Counted from the stretch's first letter, positions 10,007 to 21,435 are shown. The stretch: DNA of 64,000 nucleotides from Gammaproteobacteria bacterium (GCA_038142505.1 JAYQKD010000001.1:139418-203417), one strand, 5' to 3'. Numbers and translations are program-made. The notes: generated by a model not told the origin, from the letters alone.

Positions 10007-12611
10007 ATGACTGAAAATACAAACTCAAAATTTCCATCAGAAGCAGATGTAGTCATCGTTGGTGTAGGCGGCATTGTTGGCTCAATGATTGCATATTGGC
10101 TATCTGAATTGGGACAAAAAAATATAGTAGGATTAGAAAAATCCAGCGTAATACCATCAGATATTGCATCAACGGCTCATGCTTCTGATTTTGTGTATAA
10201 CACTACTCATGACAAATTAGGCTGTTGGACAACAGCATTTAGTCGAAAATTTTATGAAGATAATGGCTTTTTCTTAAAGAAAGGTGGCTTAGAAATTTGC
10301 CGAAAAGGTGACGATGCTAGATGGGAAGAATTAAAAAGAAAGGTAGGCTCTGGAAAGGCGTTTGGAACCAATGTAAGACTTATTTCAGCATCTGAAGCTA
10401 AAGAAAAATTTCCATTGTTAGATGAAGAATCTCTAATGGGAGCAATGTGGGATCCTGATGCAGGATTAGTAATTCCTAGATCTCAAGATGTTGTGAGTTT
10501 TGCTGTTGAGAACATGCAAAAGATAAAGGTGCCTTAAAAACATTTACGGACACACCAGCCATAGATTTTGAAGTTGAGAATAGCCGTGTTACTGGAGTCA
10601 AAACTGATAAAGGATTTATAAAAGCAGATAAAGTCGTAATTTGCTCAGGCATATGGGGACCTTTGATGGGTAAAAAAGCTGGGGTTCCAGTTCCATTAAT
10701 GCCGTTAGAGCATCCCTTATTATTTTTTGGACCACTTCCAGAAGCTCAAGGCGCTGAAGATTTTCTTGTATACCCTCTTCTTCGCGATCAGGGCAACTCA
10801 GCATACGTTAGAGATACTGGAAGACTTCATGGCGGAATGCTTGAGTGGGGTTTCTATGAAGACAAAGAACCGCGTCTAGTTGATCCTGAAGATATAGGCA
10901 ATCCAGAAAAAACAATGGGCTCAGATTCGATGCGATATCTAGATTTAGAAGAAATAGCTGAACCTCTAGAAAAAGCTTTTGAAACAACTCCAATTTTAAA
11001 TGAGCTCGGTTGGGATGAAAGAAGTTCATTTAATGGATGTTGTCTGTTACTACCGATGCTGGATCTCTTATAGGAGAAAGTCCTGAGGTAAGAGGATTTT
11101 GGTTATGTGAAGCCGTTTGGGTCAAAGATGGTCCTGGATGTGCAAGATTATGCGCAGAACTGATGGTAAATGGTAAAACGCAAGTTGATATGCATTCATT
11201 TGATATTGCACGACTATACCCAGAGCAAAAAGAAAAAGAATTTGTTAAATCTAGAGCTTTTGAAAACTCTCAGACTATTTACACTCCTGCTGTTCATCCT
11301 AGAGAACCTTATATCTCTGAAAGAGAAAAGTTTGTAAGCCCTTTTTATGAAAGAGAAAAAGAGCTTGGTGGATATTTTGATAATGAAGTGGCTCGCTGGG
11401 AACGAGCATTTGCATATGAAAGCAATAGAGAAAAACTTCAAGATTATTTAAAAGATATTCCAGTTAGAGAAAATGAATGGGATAGTCGTCATGTGCCCTA
11501 TGAGCTTGCAAATGCTGAGCATCTTGCCATGAGTGATTCTGTTGGAATGATAAACCTTTCTCATTTTCCAATCATGGATATTGAAGGTCCAGATGCAGAA
11601 AAAATGCTCGAATATCTTTCAGTATCAAAAGTCGGTGGCAATACTCCTATTGGAAAAGTTATATATACAAATTTTCTTGATGAAGATGGTGGCGTGCATG
11701 CTGATTTAACTATCTCAAGACTTGGTGATACTAAGTATAGGGTTGTAACTGGTGGTGCTGATGGAAACAGAGATTGGGTTACATTGCGTAATTATAGGGA
11801 CGATAATAATCTTGATGCTGAAATCACAATTAGAACTCATGATATAGCAACTCTTGGTTTGTGGGGTCCAAAAGCTGAAGAAGCATTAGGTAATTTTGTT
11901 GATGCAGATGAAATTAGCTTAGAAAATTTTCCATTTGTAACAGCAAAAAATTTAACCCTTAATTTATCGGGCGGAAAAACTATTGATGTCTGGGCTGCAA
12001 GAATATCCTATGTGGGTGAAAGCGGTTGGGAAATTTACCTCAACAATAATAGCGACGAAGGCTTAGCATTATATGATTCATTGCTTGAAGTTGGAGTAAT
12101 TCCTGTTGGAATAGAAACCTATGCTAACAGCAGACGTCTTGAAAAAAGTTTTAGGCTTCAAGGCGCTGATCTAGAAACTGAATACAATGCATGTGAAGCA
12201 GCTATTCAAAGACCTCTTGTTAAAGAAGCTGATTTTCACGGTAAGGCCGCTCATTTAAAACATAGAGAAGAAGATCCTTGTGCAATTTTGTGTACTATGA
12301 CTGTTGATGATCTCAATGTATCGGGAGTTCCTAGATATCCTGTTGGAATTTCTCCAATCATTGATCCAACTACTGGAGAAGTCCCGGTGGATAGTAAAGG
12401 AAGGAGATCATACACTACTGGAATGTCTTATTGCCCTTCTATAAAAGAATTTGTTGTCATGGGTTATTTGCCTGCTGAACTTGCAAAAGAAGGTCAAAAG
12501 CTAGCCATAGAATACTTTAATGAAGATGGTGATGGTGTTTATCCTATTACGGTTAAAATAGTTGGCAAAGGGTCGCTTTATGATCCAGAAAATAAAAAGG
12601 TTCGAAGCTAA
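10007..12611 (+). CDS. Dimethylglycine/sarcosine dehydrogenase-like FAD oxidoreductase with GcvT (folate-binding) domain, split by two frameshifts
   Basis: N-terminal VVIVGVGGIVG FAD motif; ISYVGESGWE, SRRLEKSFR, YDPENKKVRS GcvT motifs. Confidence 0.85.
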
Positions 12612-12676
12612 TTAATTAAAAATTTAATCTTAATGACATTGGATGGAATCTTTTCTATAATCCTCTTTCATTTATT

Positions 12677-12749
12677 GCCCAGATAGCTCAGTTGGTAGAG
12701 CAAAGGACTGAAAATCCTTGTGTCGGTGGTTCGATCCCACCTCTGGGCA
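12677..12749 (+). tRNA. tRNA-Phe (GAA)
   Basis: GCCCAGA acceptor pairs with TCTGGGC; D arm AGCTCAGTTGGTAGAGC; anticodon loop CTGAAAA; T arm GGTTCGATCC. Confidence 0.97.
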
Positions 12750-12859
12750 CCTTTGCTGCTTTGAATTAAATCAGTTTGATGCTAGATTAACGAAATTGAA
12801 TTATCTAGGTCATTTACATGATATTGGACCATTAAGATAACCAAAAGTATTTCTTCTTT

Positions 12860-13054
12860 AAAGTTGATGGATTTATTGCAGCTGTAGGCACTACACTCCC
12901 CAAAATTAAACAGGCGTTTAATTGCCCTAAAAGAGTATAACAAAGATATCAAAATAGGCATTGCAGATCCAAGTGGAGCTGCTTTATATAATTATTATGC
13001 AAATGGGGAACTAAAAGCTGAGGGATCTTCATCTTAACAGAAGGAATCGGACAA
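12860..13054 (+). pseudogene. Internal fragment of cysteine synthase (CysK-like)
   Basis: Across frames KVDGFIAAVG...LKEYNKDIKIGIADPSGAALYNYYANGELKAEGSS.TEGIGQ; no N- or C-terminus found. Confidence 0.7.
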
Positions 13055-13418
13055 AACGTATTGTAAAAACCTTGAAAAACTTGAAGTAGATTTCCCCTTT
13101 CATTTAGATGATTGGAATCGCTTGATGTTATGTTTAAGCTAATAATAGAAAAATTTTCCATCTGGCAATTCAATTGCTTCTTGTTTTTTAATAAATTTTA
13201 TTATTCCTCCAACTATTCCTTTTTGTGGTCCAGGTTTGTCCAGAGATATAAAAGATTCAAAATACTTGATAGAATCATAAACTGCCATGAAGAACGCCGT
13301 CATCAGAAATATTATTTATTTGAACTTCAACAATGCCCATTGAAGATTGAGTTAAATATTAATCAGAAATATAGAACAAAATAAAACTTCATTTGAATAA
13401 ATGACACATGAAGAAAAT

Positions 13419-13600
13419 TGTTCAAAATTAAGATTGAAAAAATAATAAATCCAAATACAATTTTGAACACTGTCTAAAACATGCATGGATCGAGTCATCA
13501 CTGAAAACTTTATAAAAAAGACTTTCTTAAAAGAATAATTCTTTGTATGAGCAAATATTTAACTTTTTGAATTTTGAACAATAATTTTATGTTCAAAATT
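13419..13600. repeat. Four copies of 11-mer TGTTCAAAATT forming two inverted pairs
   Basis: 13419-13429 fwd, 13459-13469 rev, 13570-13580 rev, 13590-13600 fwd. Confidence 0.8.
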
Positions 13601-13636
13601 TAAATTATTTAAATTATTTTAATTTTATTGAAAAGC

Positions 13637-13701
13637 TGGACTGACTGAAAACTTTCAAGGGGAGCTTGAAATATCTTTATAGATATACTCCAGTCAGTCC
13701 A
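13637..13701. other. Three-way-junction structure (candidate ncRNA element or complex terminator)
   Basis: P1 TGGACTGACTG/CAGTCAGTCCA; P2 TTTCAAG-GGGAG-CTTGAAA; P3 TATCT-TTAT-AGATA. Confidence 0.6.
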
Positions 13702-13716
13702 AATCTGATGCTTAAA

Positions 13717-13926
13717 TTAACGACCAACCTTCCATTTATATGGAGTGTTGCCAGTAATTTTGAAGTACAGTACTAGATTGATTACGTGTACTACTAGCAA
13801 AATTGTGGCAATTAAAATTGCCCAGCCAATGTTTGTATGAAGGCTTAATATTCCAGAGAAATATAAAGATACTCCTGCAAAGAGAGTCCAAATAAACATT
13901 GCTAAAAATCCTAAATAATTTTTCAT
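13717..13926 (-). CDS. Small two-TM hypothetical protein
   Basis: 69 aa hydrophobic ORF; ATG overlaps the ferredoxin TGA. Confidence 0.7.
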   Translation of the reverse strand: MKNYLGFLAMFIWTLFAGVSLYFSGILSLHTNIGWAILIATILLVVHVINLVLYFKITGNTPYKWKVGR

Positions 13927-14247
13927 AATTGTTTTCCTTGATTTAGTAGTTCTACTGAAACCTTAATATCTGTTTTAGCAGTTGATTGGCAAGCTAGTAC
14001 ATAACCAGATATTTACATCCACAGGATCTAATACATAATTAAAATCAATCTCTGGCCTTATCTTGCCTTCAATAATTTTACATTTGCATTTTCCACAACT
14101 ACCAACTTGGCATTTATGTGGCCAAGCAAGACCAGATCTAAGTGCTCCAGCCAAAAGAGTCTCACCTTTTGAAATATTTATTTCCTCATTACTTGGAAAA
14201 ACATTCACAGAGAAACTCTTTTTTTTGTTAAACAGCCCCTTAAACAT
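13923..14247 (-). CDS. [2Fe-2S] ferredoxin (frameshift near 14010)
   Basis: CQVGSCGKC and, in corrected frame, GYVLACQS; resembles the N-terminal domain of XylA-type electron transfer proteins. Confidence 0.88.
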
Positions 14248-14250
14248 AGT

Positions 14251-15361
14251 CTAATAAGCCTTTTGAATTTCGCTATTAGGGTAATATTCTTCAATTATTT
14301 TCTTTTCGCCCTCAGTAGCATAGTTTTTATCCCAGTTATCAAGATGTTTTTGAACAAACTTTCTGAATAATCCTGGTATGAGAGTTAAAACAAATAAAGA
14401 AAAATATCCGATACCATAATTTGGTCCCTTTACGTCATCTAGTTCCCAAAAATATGTTTCACCTCTAACATGATGATCACACTGTCTACCAATTTCTATA
14501 AAGAACCAGCTTGTGAATAAATTATCATTATCCCAAGAGTGTCTATGTTCAAAGGCTTTCCGTATTCTCTAATTGAGTCCATAATGACCCATAAAATTGA
14601 GAGCTTCTAAAAGAAAGTTAGATATTATCCAAACAATTAATAAAGCTAAAATTCCTATCAATCCCCCACTCCAAACAAAAAGAATAATTGAAGGAAGGCT
14701 ATATAAATAACCTAATAACCATTTATTTTGTAATGAGAAAAATCCTTTATTTAGCTTCTTTAATTTCTCTGCTTCTAGATCAAATGAGAACTTTGATTGT
14801 CCAGCATGAGATAGCCAAGCATGAGCATAAACATTTCTTCCTCTTGGCGCTGTTGCCGGATCGTCTTGATGTCCAAGATCAAGGTGATGATTATATACAT
14901 GAGCATAAGTAAAGTGAGATGCTCCACTAAGTGCCATAATAGCTCTAGAGACTTTTAAAGCCCTCTTTCTTATTGTGAGAAAGTTCATGACCATAAATAA
15001 TGCCTAGACCAGCCCATAAACCACATGACAAAGTTGAACCAATAATTTCATTAATTCCTAAATTTCCTATATATACAAATTGATATAAATTATTTGCTAG
15101 TGCTAATTGAAGAACAATGAATATAGGTAACATCAGATACATAACAGAATATTGAAATGTTTTAATTCCATAAGAATTTCCATCATCATCAAAATCTGCT
15201 CTTAGATGAATATCTTTAGTTAAAGTATCAAGAATAGTATTCAAACCAAATAAGAAAACTCCTATCCATGAGTAAATACCACCAATATATAGTCCGATAA
15301 TAGTTGCAACTGTCATCACAGGTACAATTAAATAACGAACATTTACATACAGCTTTTTCAT
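14251..15361 (-). CDS. Membrane di-iron monooxygenase of the AlkB/XylM family (two frameshifts)
   Basis: His boxes HELSH, HVYNHH, NFMGHYGL, DHHVRG; XylM-like termini RYLIVPV and WDKNYATEGE. Confidence 0.88.
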
Positions 15362-15506
15362 AGAAAAACTCCATTCGTTAATGTTAAATCCTGGGAATAA
15401 CTTCCGTTTTAGCGCCTTCTTTTGTGTCGCGGCAATAGGATCAAATCACGACAACGCTATTTAATGAAAAAAAATGAGTTTTGTAAACAGCAAATTAAAA
15501 AAATAT

Positions 15507-16861
15507 CTACTTTTTTAGTCTAATAGGTATTTCTTGAATTGCATGAACAAAATTATTTGGTGCAACTTTCCAATCTCCAGTTAATTGATAATCTGGAAAT
15601 CTAGATAAAAATTGTGAGAAAAAATTCTCTTAATTGCATTAAAGCAACAGGCTTGCCCAAACAGGTATGTCTTCCAATACCAAAAGCAAGATGTTTATCA
15701 GCATTCTTCTCAAGATATTAAATTCATCTGGTGATTTCAAAAATTTCAGGGTCTCTGTTTGCAGCTCCATACCATAATGCAATTTTTTCAAAGGGCCTAT
15801 TTTTGTTCGCCTATAATGGTTTCCTCAAGAGAAGTTCTTCTCATATGAATTACAGGAGAAACATATCTAACAGTCTCATTTATTAATCCTGAGACCCTTT
15901 CAAAATCATCTAAAACTAATTGTTTTTGCTCAGGATTTTCATGAAGTAATTTAATACCACCACTCATAGTATTTCTTGTAGTATCGTTTCCAGCAAAAAC
16001 TATTAAAAGCCATGAGCCATCAAGAAATTCTTGTGATAAATCTTCTCCCTCAATCTTTGCATTTGCAATTGCACTAAGTAAATCATTCTCAGGTTTATCT
16101 TTCTTTTTATTGAGGATAAATCTTCCATAATCAAACATTTCATCAATCATATTATTAAACATCTCAACAAGAGCAGGATCTGGAGTTGTATCAGTTATAC
16201 CTTCCTCATTTTGTTTTATTTGCTCAAGAGTAAAATATTGAGCTAACTCTAAAAATTCCATCCACTCTATGAGTTTTTGTCTATCTGATTCTGGAATTCC
16301 TAAGATTTCAGATAGAGTATAGATTGGAAGTTGTTGCGATATCTCTTTAACTAAATTAAATTCATTTAACTTTTCTGCTTCATCTAATAACTGACTAACT
16401 TTTAATAGAAACTTTTTTTGTAATTCATCTATATATCCCGGCTTGAAAAAAGGCATATGCTCTTTTCTTAAATTTAAATGCATCTCACCATCAAGATTAA
16501 GCATATGATCAATAGTAGATTTAAATAATTTTGGGTGTCTATTTTCTTCTGAGCCAAGTGTTAATAAATTACCAGTTGAATACTGTGATGAAAAAATCTT
16601 TGGATTCATTGATACCATCTTTATATCTTCATATCTTGTAAGAACCCAATAACCTGGCTCAGGATCACTCAACATTGGTGGATGAAAAAATACTGGGGCA
16701 TTTTTCTCTAAGCTCTTTATATAAATCAAAGGGTTGGCCTTTTGTAAAAGATCTAAATCATTTAAAAAATTTGATGGATTATGTACAAACTTTTTTTCAA
16801 AGCTTGGGATATTAATTTTATTATTTAAAACTTTAGATGAGAGAACAAAACTTTTAGACAT
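15507..16861 (-). CDS. Cytochrome P450 (frameshifted in the C-terminal part)
   Basis: AGNDTT I-helix, ETVR (ExxR), heme motif HLAFGIGRHTCLG read manually near 15660-15695. Confidence 0.92.
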
Positions 16862-16959
16862 TATGTAAATAGTTTACTATTTTTATCATTCATATTGTTT
16901 TAAATTTTTCAATCTATATTTCTGTTAAAATTAAATAATCATAAAAATATTTTCTAGTT

Positions 16960-18165
16960 TGTTAAAGGATATTGCGATTCTAAATTTAAAGAAATAAAAG
17001 ATATTCTTAGTGCTTCTATTGAGAGTGGTTATGAAATAGGTGCTTCTGTTGCGGTTTCATATAACAAAGAAATGGTTGTAGACCTTCATGGCGGCTTTCA
17101 AAGATGAATCTAAAAAAAAGCCTGGGATAAAAATACTATAGTTAATACTTATTCGGTCACAAAGGCATTACAGCAATTTGCATTGCTATGCTAATCGATA
17201 GAGGCCAACTTGATGTTAATAAAAAAGTGTCTGAGTATTGGCCTGAGTACGGCTGTAATGGCAAAGAGAATACCAAAGTTATAGATTTTTTATGTCATAG
17301 AGCTTGCAATTTTGGTTTTCAGAATGGAATCCCTTCAGACAGTTGGCAAAACTGGAATCATATGCAGACATTCTTGCAAAACAAGAGCCATTTGCAGAAC
17401 CAGGATCAATGCAAGGCTATCATGCAATAACTTTTGGATGGCTTGTGGGTGAAATATTAGAAGGATTGATGGACGTGATGTTGGAACTTATTTCAAAGAG
17501 GAGATTGCTGAGCCATTAAATATAAATTTTAAAATTGGTTTATCAGAAGAGGATTTTGTTAATTGTGCTGATATGCAAGTTCTTGAAGATTTTAGTGATA
17601 GCAGCCCTCCTTTTGAAAAAATTAAATATGTTCCAGGTATCATGCTGCCTGAAAAATTAAGAAACTTAAAAAATCTATGGAAACAGGCCATTTTAAAATA
17701 GCTTTTCAAAAAAGAGCTGGTGATAACAAAGAATATGTTAATACTTCAGATTGGCGTATGGCACAAATTCCATCAGCAAATGGCCACGGAACATCTGAGG
17801 GTCTTGCAAAATTATATGGAATTTTAAGTTCAGATTGCATAGAAAATGGAAATAAAATTATAAATCCTGAGACCCTTAAATATTGCATTCAACCCTATTC
17901 ATCAGGTCCTGACACAGTCTTATTTGGCTCTGACATTACTTTTGGTCTTGGATTTGAATTAGCGAGTGAGATGCTTTTAAAAGGAAGTTTTTCACCAAGA
18001 TTTATGGGATCAATGTTTGGTCATGCTGGTATTGGTGGAGCAGTAGCATTTGGAGATGTTGAGAAAGGGATAGGTTTCTCTTTTTTATGCAACAAAATGC
18101 ATGATACAAAAAATTTATATAAGACTGCTAATCAATTAATTGATGCGCTTTATTCAAAAATTTAG
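16960..18165 (+). CDS. Serine hydrolase, beta-lactamase/esterase family (several frameshifts; start approximate)
   Basis: SVTK (SxxK), YWPEYG, GYHAITFGWLVGE, IPSANG, FGHAGIGG. Confidence 0.82.
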
Positions 18166-18896
18166 TTTTACTGTTAGTAAATCTCTGTCTTTGCCAAGAC
18201 AAAATTGAAAAAGGAATTGTAAAAAAATATATTAATGCCAAGACATTTAATGTGTGCCAAGGGAAATTAATCATACTTAAAACAAGTCCAGAAAACAGCA
18301 TTAAAAAACGAGTTTAGATTTGATAAAAAATCCCTTCCTTTGATTGAAAAAGTCGGTATTTTACTTACCAATAAACCACTTATAAGAATAATATATCCTG
18401 CAACAAAATTAAGATTTTCATATGCCCAATCATAACCAATATATACATGGGTCAATGGAAGCATAATTAATATGGCGCCAGCTGGAGTAGGAATACCAGT
18501 AAAGAAATCTATTCTCTGAGAGTCATTATTTTTTGATTTTTCATGAAGAACATTAAAAAGTGCCAATCTAAGACAAGAAAATACAATAAAGATTAGGGCA
18601 GCAAAAGCACCCATGCTATTTTGATCAAATATTGCCATATACATTAATAAGCCAGGAGCAATGCCAAAACTTAAAAAGTCTGATAAAGAGTCTAGTTGAA
18701 ATCCAAGATCTGATTCACTATCTAAATGTCTTGCAAGCATGCCATCTAGAGCATCACATATGGCAGCAAATAGAATACAGATTACTGCTAAATTAAACTC
18801 TCCTTCAATTGCAAATCTCATAGAACTTAATCCAAAGCTCAAGCCCGATAATGTTATTAAGTTGGGTAACAGCGATCTTAAATTAATTTTTTTCAT
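18166..18896 (-). CDS. pssA: CDP-diacylglycerol--serine O-phosphatidyltransferase (3' frameshift; end approximate)
   Basis: DALDGMLAR...G..LDSLSD CDP-alcohol motif, RLALFN, FTGIPTPAG; downstream of psd. Confidence 0.9.
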
Positions 18897-18900
18897 AAAT

Positions 18901-19167
18901 TTAGCTCAATGTTGCAAGTAAGCTTTCTCCAGCAATAACTTTATCACCAACTTTACAATTTACAGCAGCCGATAAAGGCATATAAATATCCACCCTAGAA
19001 CCAAACCTAATTAAACCGAATCTCTCACCTTGTTCAAGATTTTGATTAGGTGATACAAAACTAACAATCCTTCTAGCAATTAATCCAGCAATTTGAACTA
19101 CTACTAATTTGGACCCATTTGTATTAGTAATTATAGTACTGCTCCTTTCATTTTTTTGGCTAGCTTT
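18901..19167 (-). CDS. psd: Phosphatidylserine decarboxylase, C-terminal part only
   Basis: Manual translation KASQKNER...VVQIAGLIARRIV...GERFGLIRFGSRVDIY; 5' part absent. Confidence 0.85.
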   Translation of the reverse strand, partial: KASQKNERSSTIITNTNGSKLVVVQIAGLIARRIVSFVSPNQNLEQGERFGLIRFGSRVDIYMPLSAAVNCKVGDKVIAGESLLATLS

Positions 19168-20024
19168 AACCCAAATGGAAAGCCAGCTGCTTTTTTCTTC
19201 ATGGAGGTCCTGGCGGTGGAGGCAGCACTGCTGTAAGAAGATTCTTTAATCCAGAAAAAAATATCATATTGTAATCTTTGACCAAAGAGGTTGTGGAAGG
19301 AGCAAGCCTCATGGATGTCTTGAAAAAAATACTACATGGGACCTTGTTGATGATATAGAAGCGATTAAAAACATGCTTGGATTTGAAAAATGGCTTGTTT
19401 TTGGAGGCTCTTGGGGTAGCACATTATCTCTTGCATACTCTCAAACTATCCAACATCAGTTAGCGAAATGGTCCTAAGAGGAATTTTATGCTCAGAAAAA
19501 AAGAGCTAGATTGGTTCTATCAAGAGGGAGCTAGCAAAATTTTTCCAGAAGCTTGGGAAAAATTTTTAGAACCAATTGATGAAAACCAACGAGATGATTT
19601 AATGTCCGCATACCATAAGATTTTTAAAAGTGATAATGAAGAGAAAAAACTAGCTGCAGCAATAGCTTGGTCTAGGTGGGAGGGCTCAACCAGCAGTTTA
19701 AGTTATAACCCAGATATGGCTGATAGCTTTTCTAATCCTCATTTTGCATTAGCTTTTGCTCTTATTGAAAATCATTATTTTGTAAATAAAGGTTTTCTAG
19801 AACATGAGAATCAACTAATTGAATCTGGAATAGATATCATAAGAAATATTCCTACTACAATTGTTCAAGGTAGATATGACATTGTTTGTCCAATGACAAC
19901 TGCATGGGAGCTTTCTAAGAATTGGCCTGAAGCTAAATTAATTGTAGCGCCCTCCTCTGGACATACTGCTTTTGAAAAAGAGATAACCCATGAACTTATA
20001 AAAGCAACAAATGGATATGCATAG
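19168..20024 (+). CDS. pip: Proline iminopeptidase, N-terminus missing, frameshifted
   Basis: NPNGKP, HGGPGGG, DQRGCGRS, FGGSWGSTL, QGRYDIVCP, GHTAFE. Confidence 0.9.
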
Positions 20025-20514
20025 AATTAAAAATGTCAGCTTTATAGGTATGGCTGGTTGCGGAAAATCAACCATTGGAAAAGCATTATCAAAAATTTAG
20101 GAATTAATTTTATTGATACTGACTTATTAATCGAAAGAAAAATTTAAAGCCTCTCTTGAACAAATAAAAAAAGATAACGGATATAAATTTGTTAGGAATG
20201 CTGAAGAAGAAGTAATACTAAGTCTTGATAAAGATATAAAAATTATCTCTACTGGAGGTAGCGCAGTCTATTCTGAAAAATCGATGTTTCATTTAAGCTC
20301 TTTTTCTAAAATTATTTATATTAATACGCCTCTTGAAGAAATAAAAAACAGAATTGGTCAAGGTCAACAAAGAGGATTAGCTGCTCCTGAGGGTTTAAGT
20401 ATTGATGATATTTATCAAGAAAGAGAACCTCTTTATAAGAAATGGGCAGATATTACATTGGATGGTAAAGACTCAGTAGAAAATTTATTATCAAGTATTC
20501 TCAGTTTTATTTGA
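20017..20514 (+). CDS. Shikimate kinase-like P-loop kinase (frameshifted)
   Basis: IGMAGCGKSTIGK, FIDTD, ISTGGSAV, EREPLY. Confidence 0.8.
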
Positions 20515-21188
20515 TGGAAAAAATTAGAACATTGATTGTTGGAGCCTCTGGTCTTGTTGGGGGTGAAGTTCTTAATGTGTCTCAAAAGAAAATCAAGAGA
20601 TTTTTTTATTATCAAGAAGAACTCATAGGCATTGTCCAAGAAAACTGTAGTGAAATTATTTCAGATTTTGATGACATAGATAATATAGACTTTCCAAAAG
20701 TTGATCATGTTTATATATCGATTGGAAAAAAATTAGGTTCAAGTGAGCTTATGTATATTAGAAAATCTGATAGAAATGATTTTATCAAGATAGATTGTGA
20801 ATATGTTTTAAATATAGCCAAAAAATCTTTTGAAAATGGTGCAAAATCAATAGCGATAGTATCTGCAATAGGAGCAGATAAAAACTCAAAAAACTTATAT
20901 CTCAAAACAAAGGGCAATATGGAAAATCTTGTTAATGAAATAGGATTTACAAAAACTATCTTTGCTCAACCAAGTCATTTGCTAGGTCAAAGAGTTGATG
21001 AAGAATTTAAACTTGATGTTTCATTAATAGAGCTAGGAGGTAAAATTTTTGATCCATTTATGCTTGGTCCATTATCAGATTTAAGATTTATAGATGCAAA
21101 ATATGTTGCCAAAGCGATGGTGCAAAAAATGAATGATAATTCAGAGGGTTTATCTATTCTAAAATATAAAGATTTCGTTAATGCCTAA
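20514..21188 (+). CDS. NAD(P)-binding oxidoreductase (YraR/TIP30-like)
   Basis: GASGLVG, VSAIGAD, YLKTKG, QPSHLLG. Confidence 0.8.
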   Translation: MEKIRTLIVGASGLVGGEVLNVSQKKIKRFFYYQEELIGIVQENCSEIISDFDDIDNIDFPKVDHVYISIGKKLGSSELMYIRKSDRNDFIKIDCEYVLNIAKKSFENGAKSIAIVSAIGADKNSKNLYLKTKGNMENLVNEIGFTKTIFAQPSHLLGQRVDEEFKLDVSLIELGGKIFDPFMLGPLSDLRFIDAKYVAKAMVQKMNDNSEGLSILKYKDFVNA

Positions 21189-21435
21189 AGAATTTCTCTA
21201 TTTGTCCTGAGCATTTTACGAATAGCATGTGCAGAGTTTAATAACCAAAAAGCTGAAGCAAAGAAAAAGTAATATAAACCAGCATATAGTTGAACTATCA
21301 TTGCAAGAATACTCCCCATTGCGACTGCAATAAGCCCTAACAATCTCTTATTATACTTTTTTGAGACAATAAGAGGCGCGGCTATCAATGTGCCAAAAAC
21401 TACGCTAATAATTTGAATAATTTCAAGGATAGTCA
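21185..21435 (-). CDS. Small membrane hypothetical protein
   Basis: ORF with three hydrophobic segments. Confidence 0.55.

Noticed and set aside
13419-13701. CRISPR array or replication origin
   Set aside because: Repeats are 11-12 bp, in mixed orientation and irregularly spaced; no cas genes and no DnaA boxes seen
13637-13712. Hammerhead ribozyme
   Set aside because: The conserved CUGAnGA and GAAA core is not positioned at the junctions on either strand
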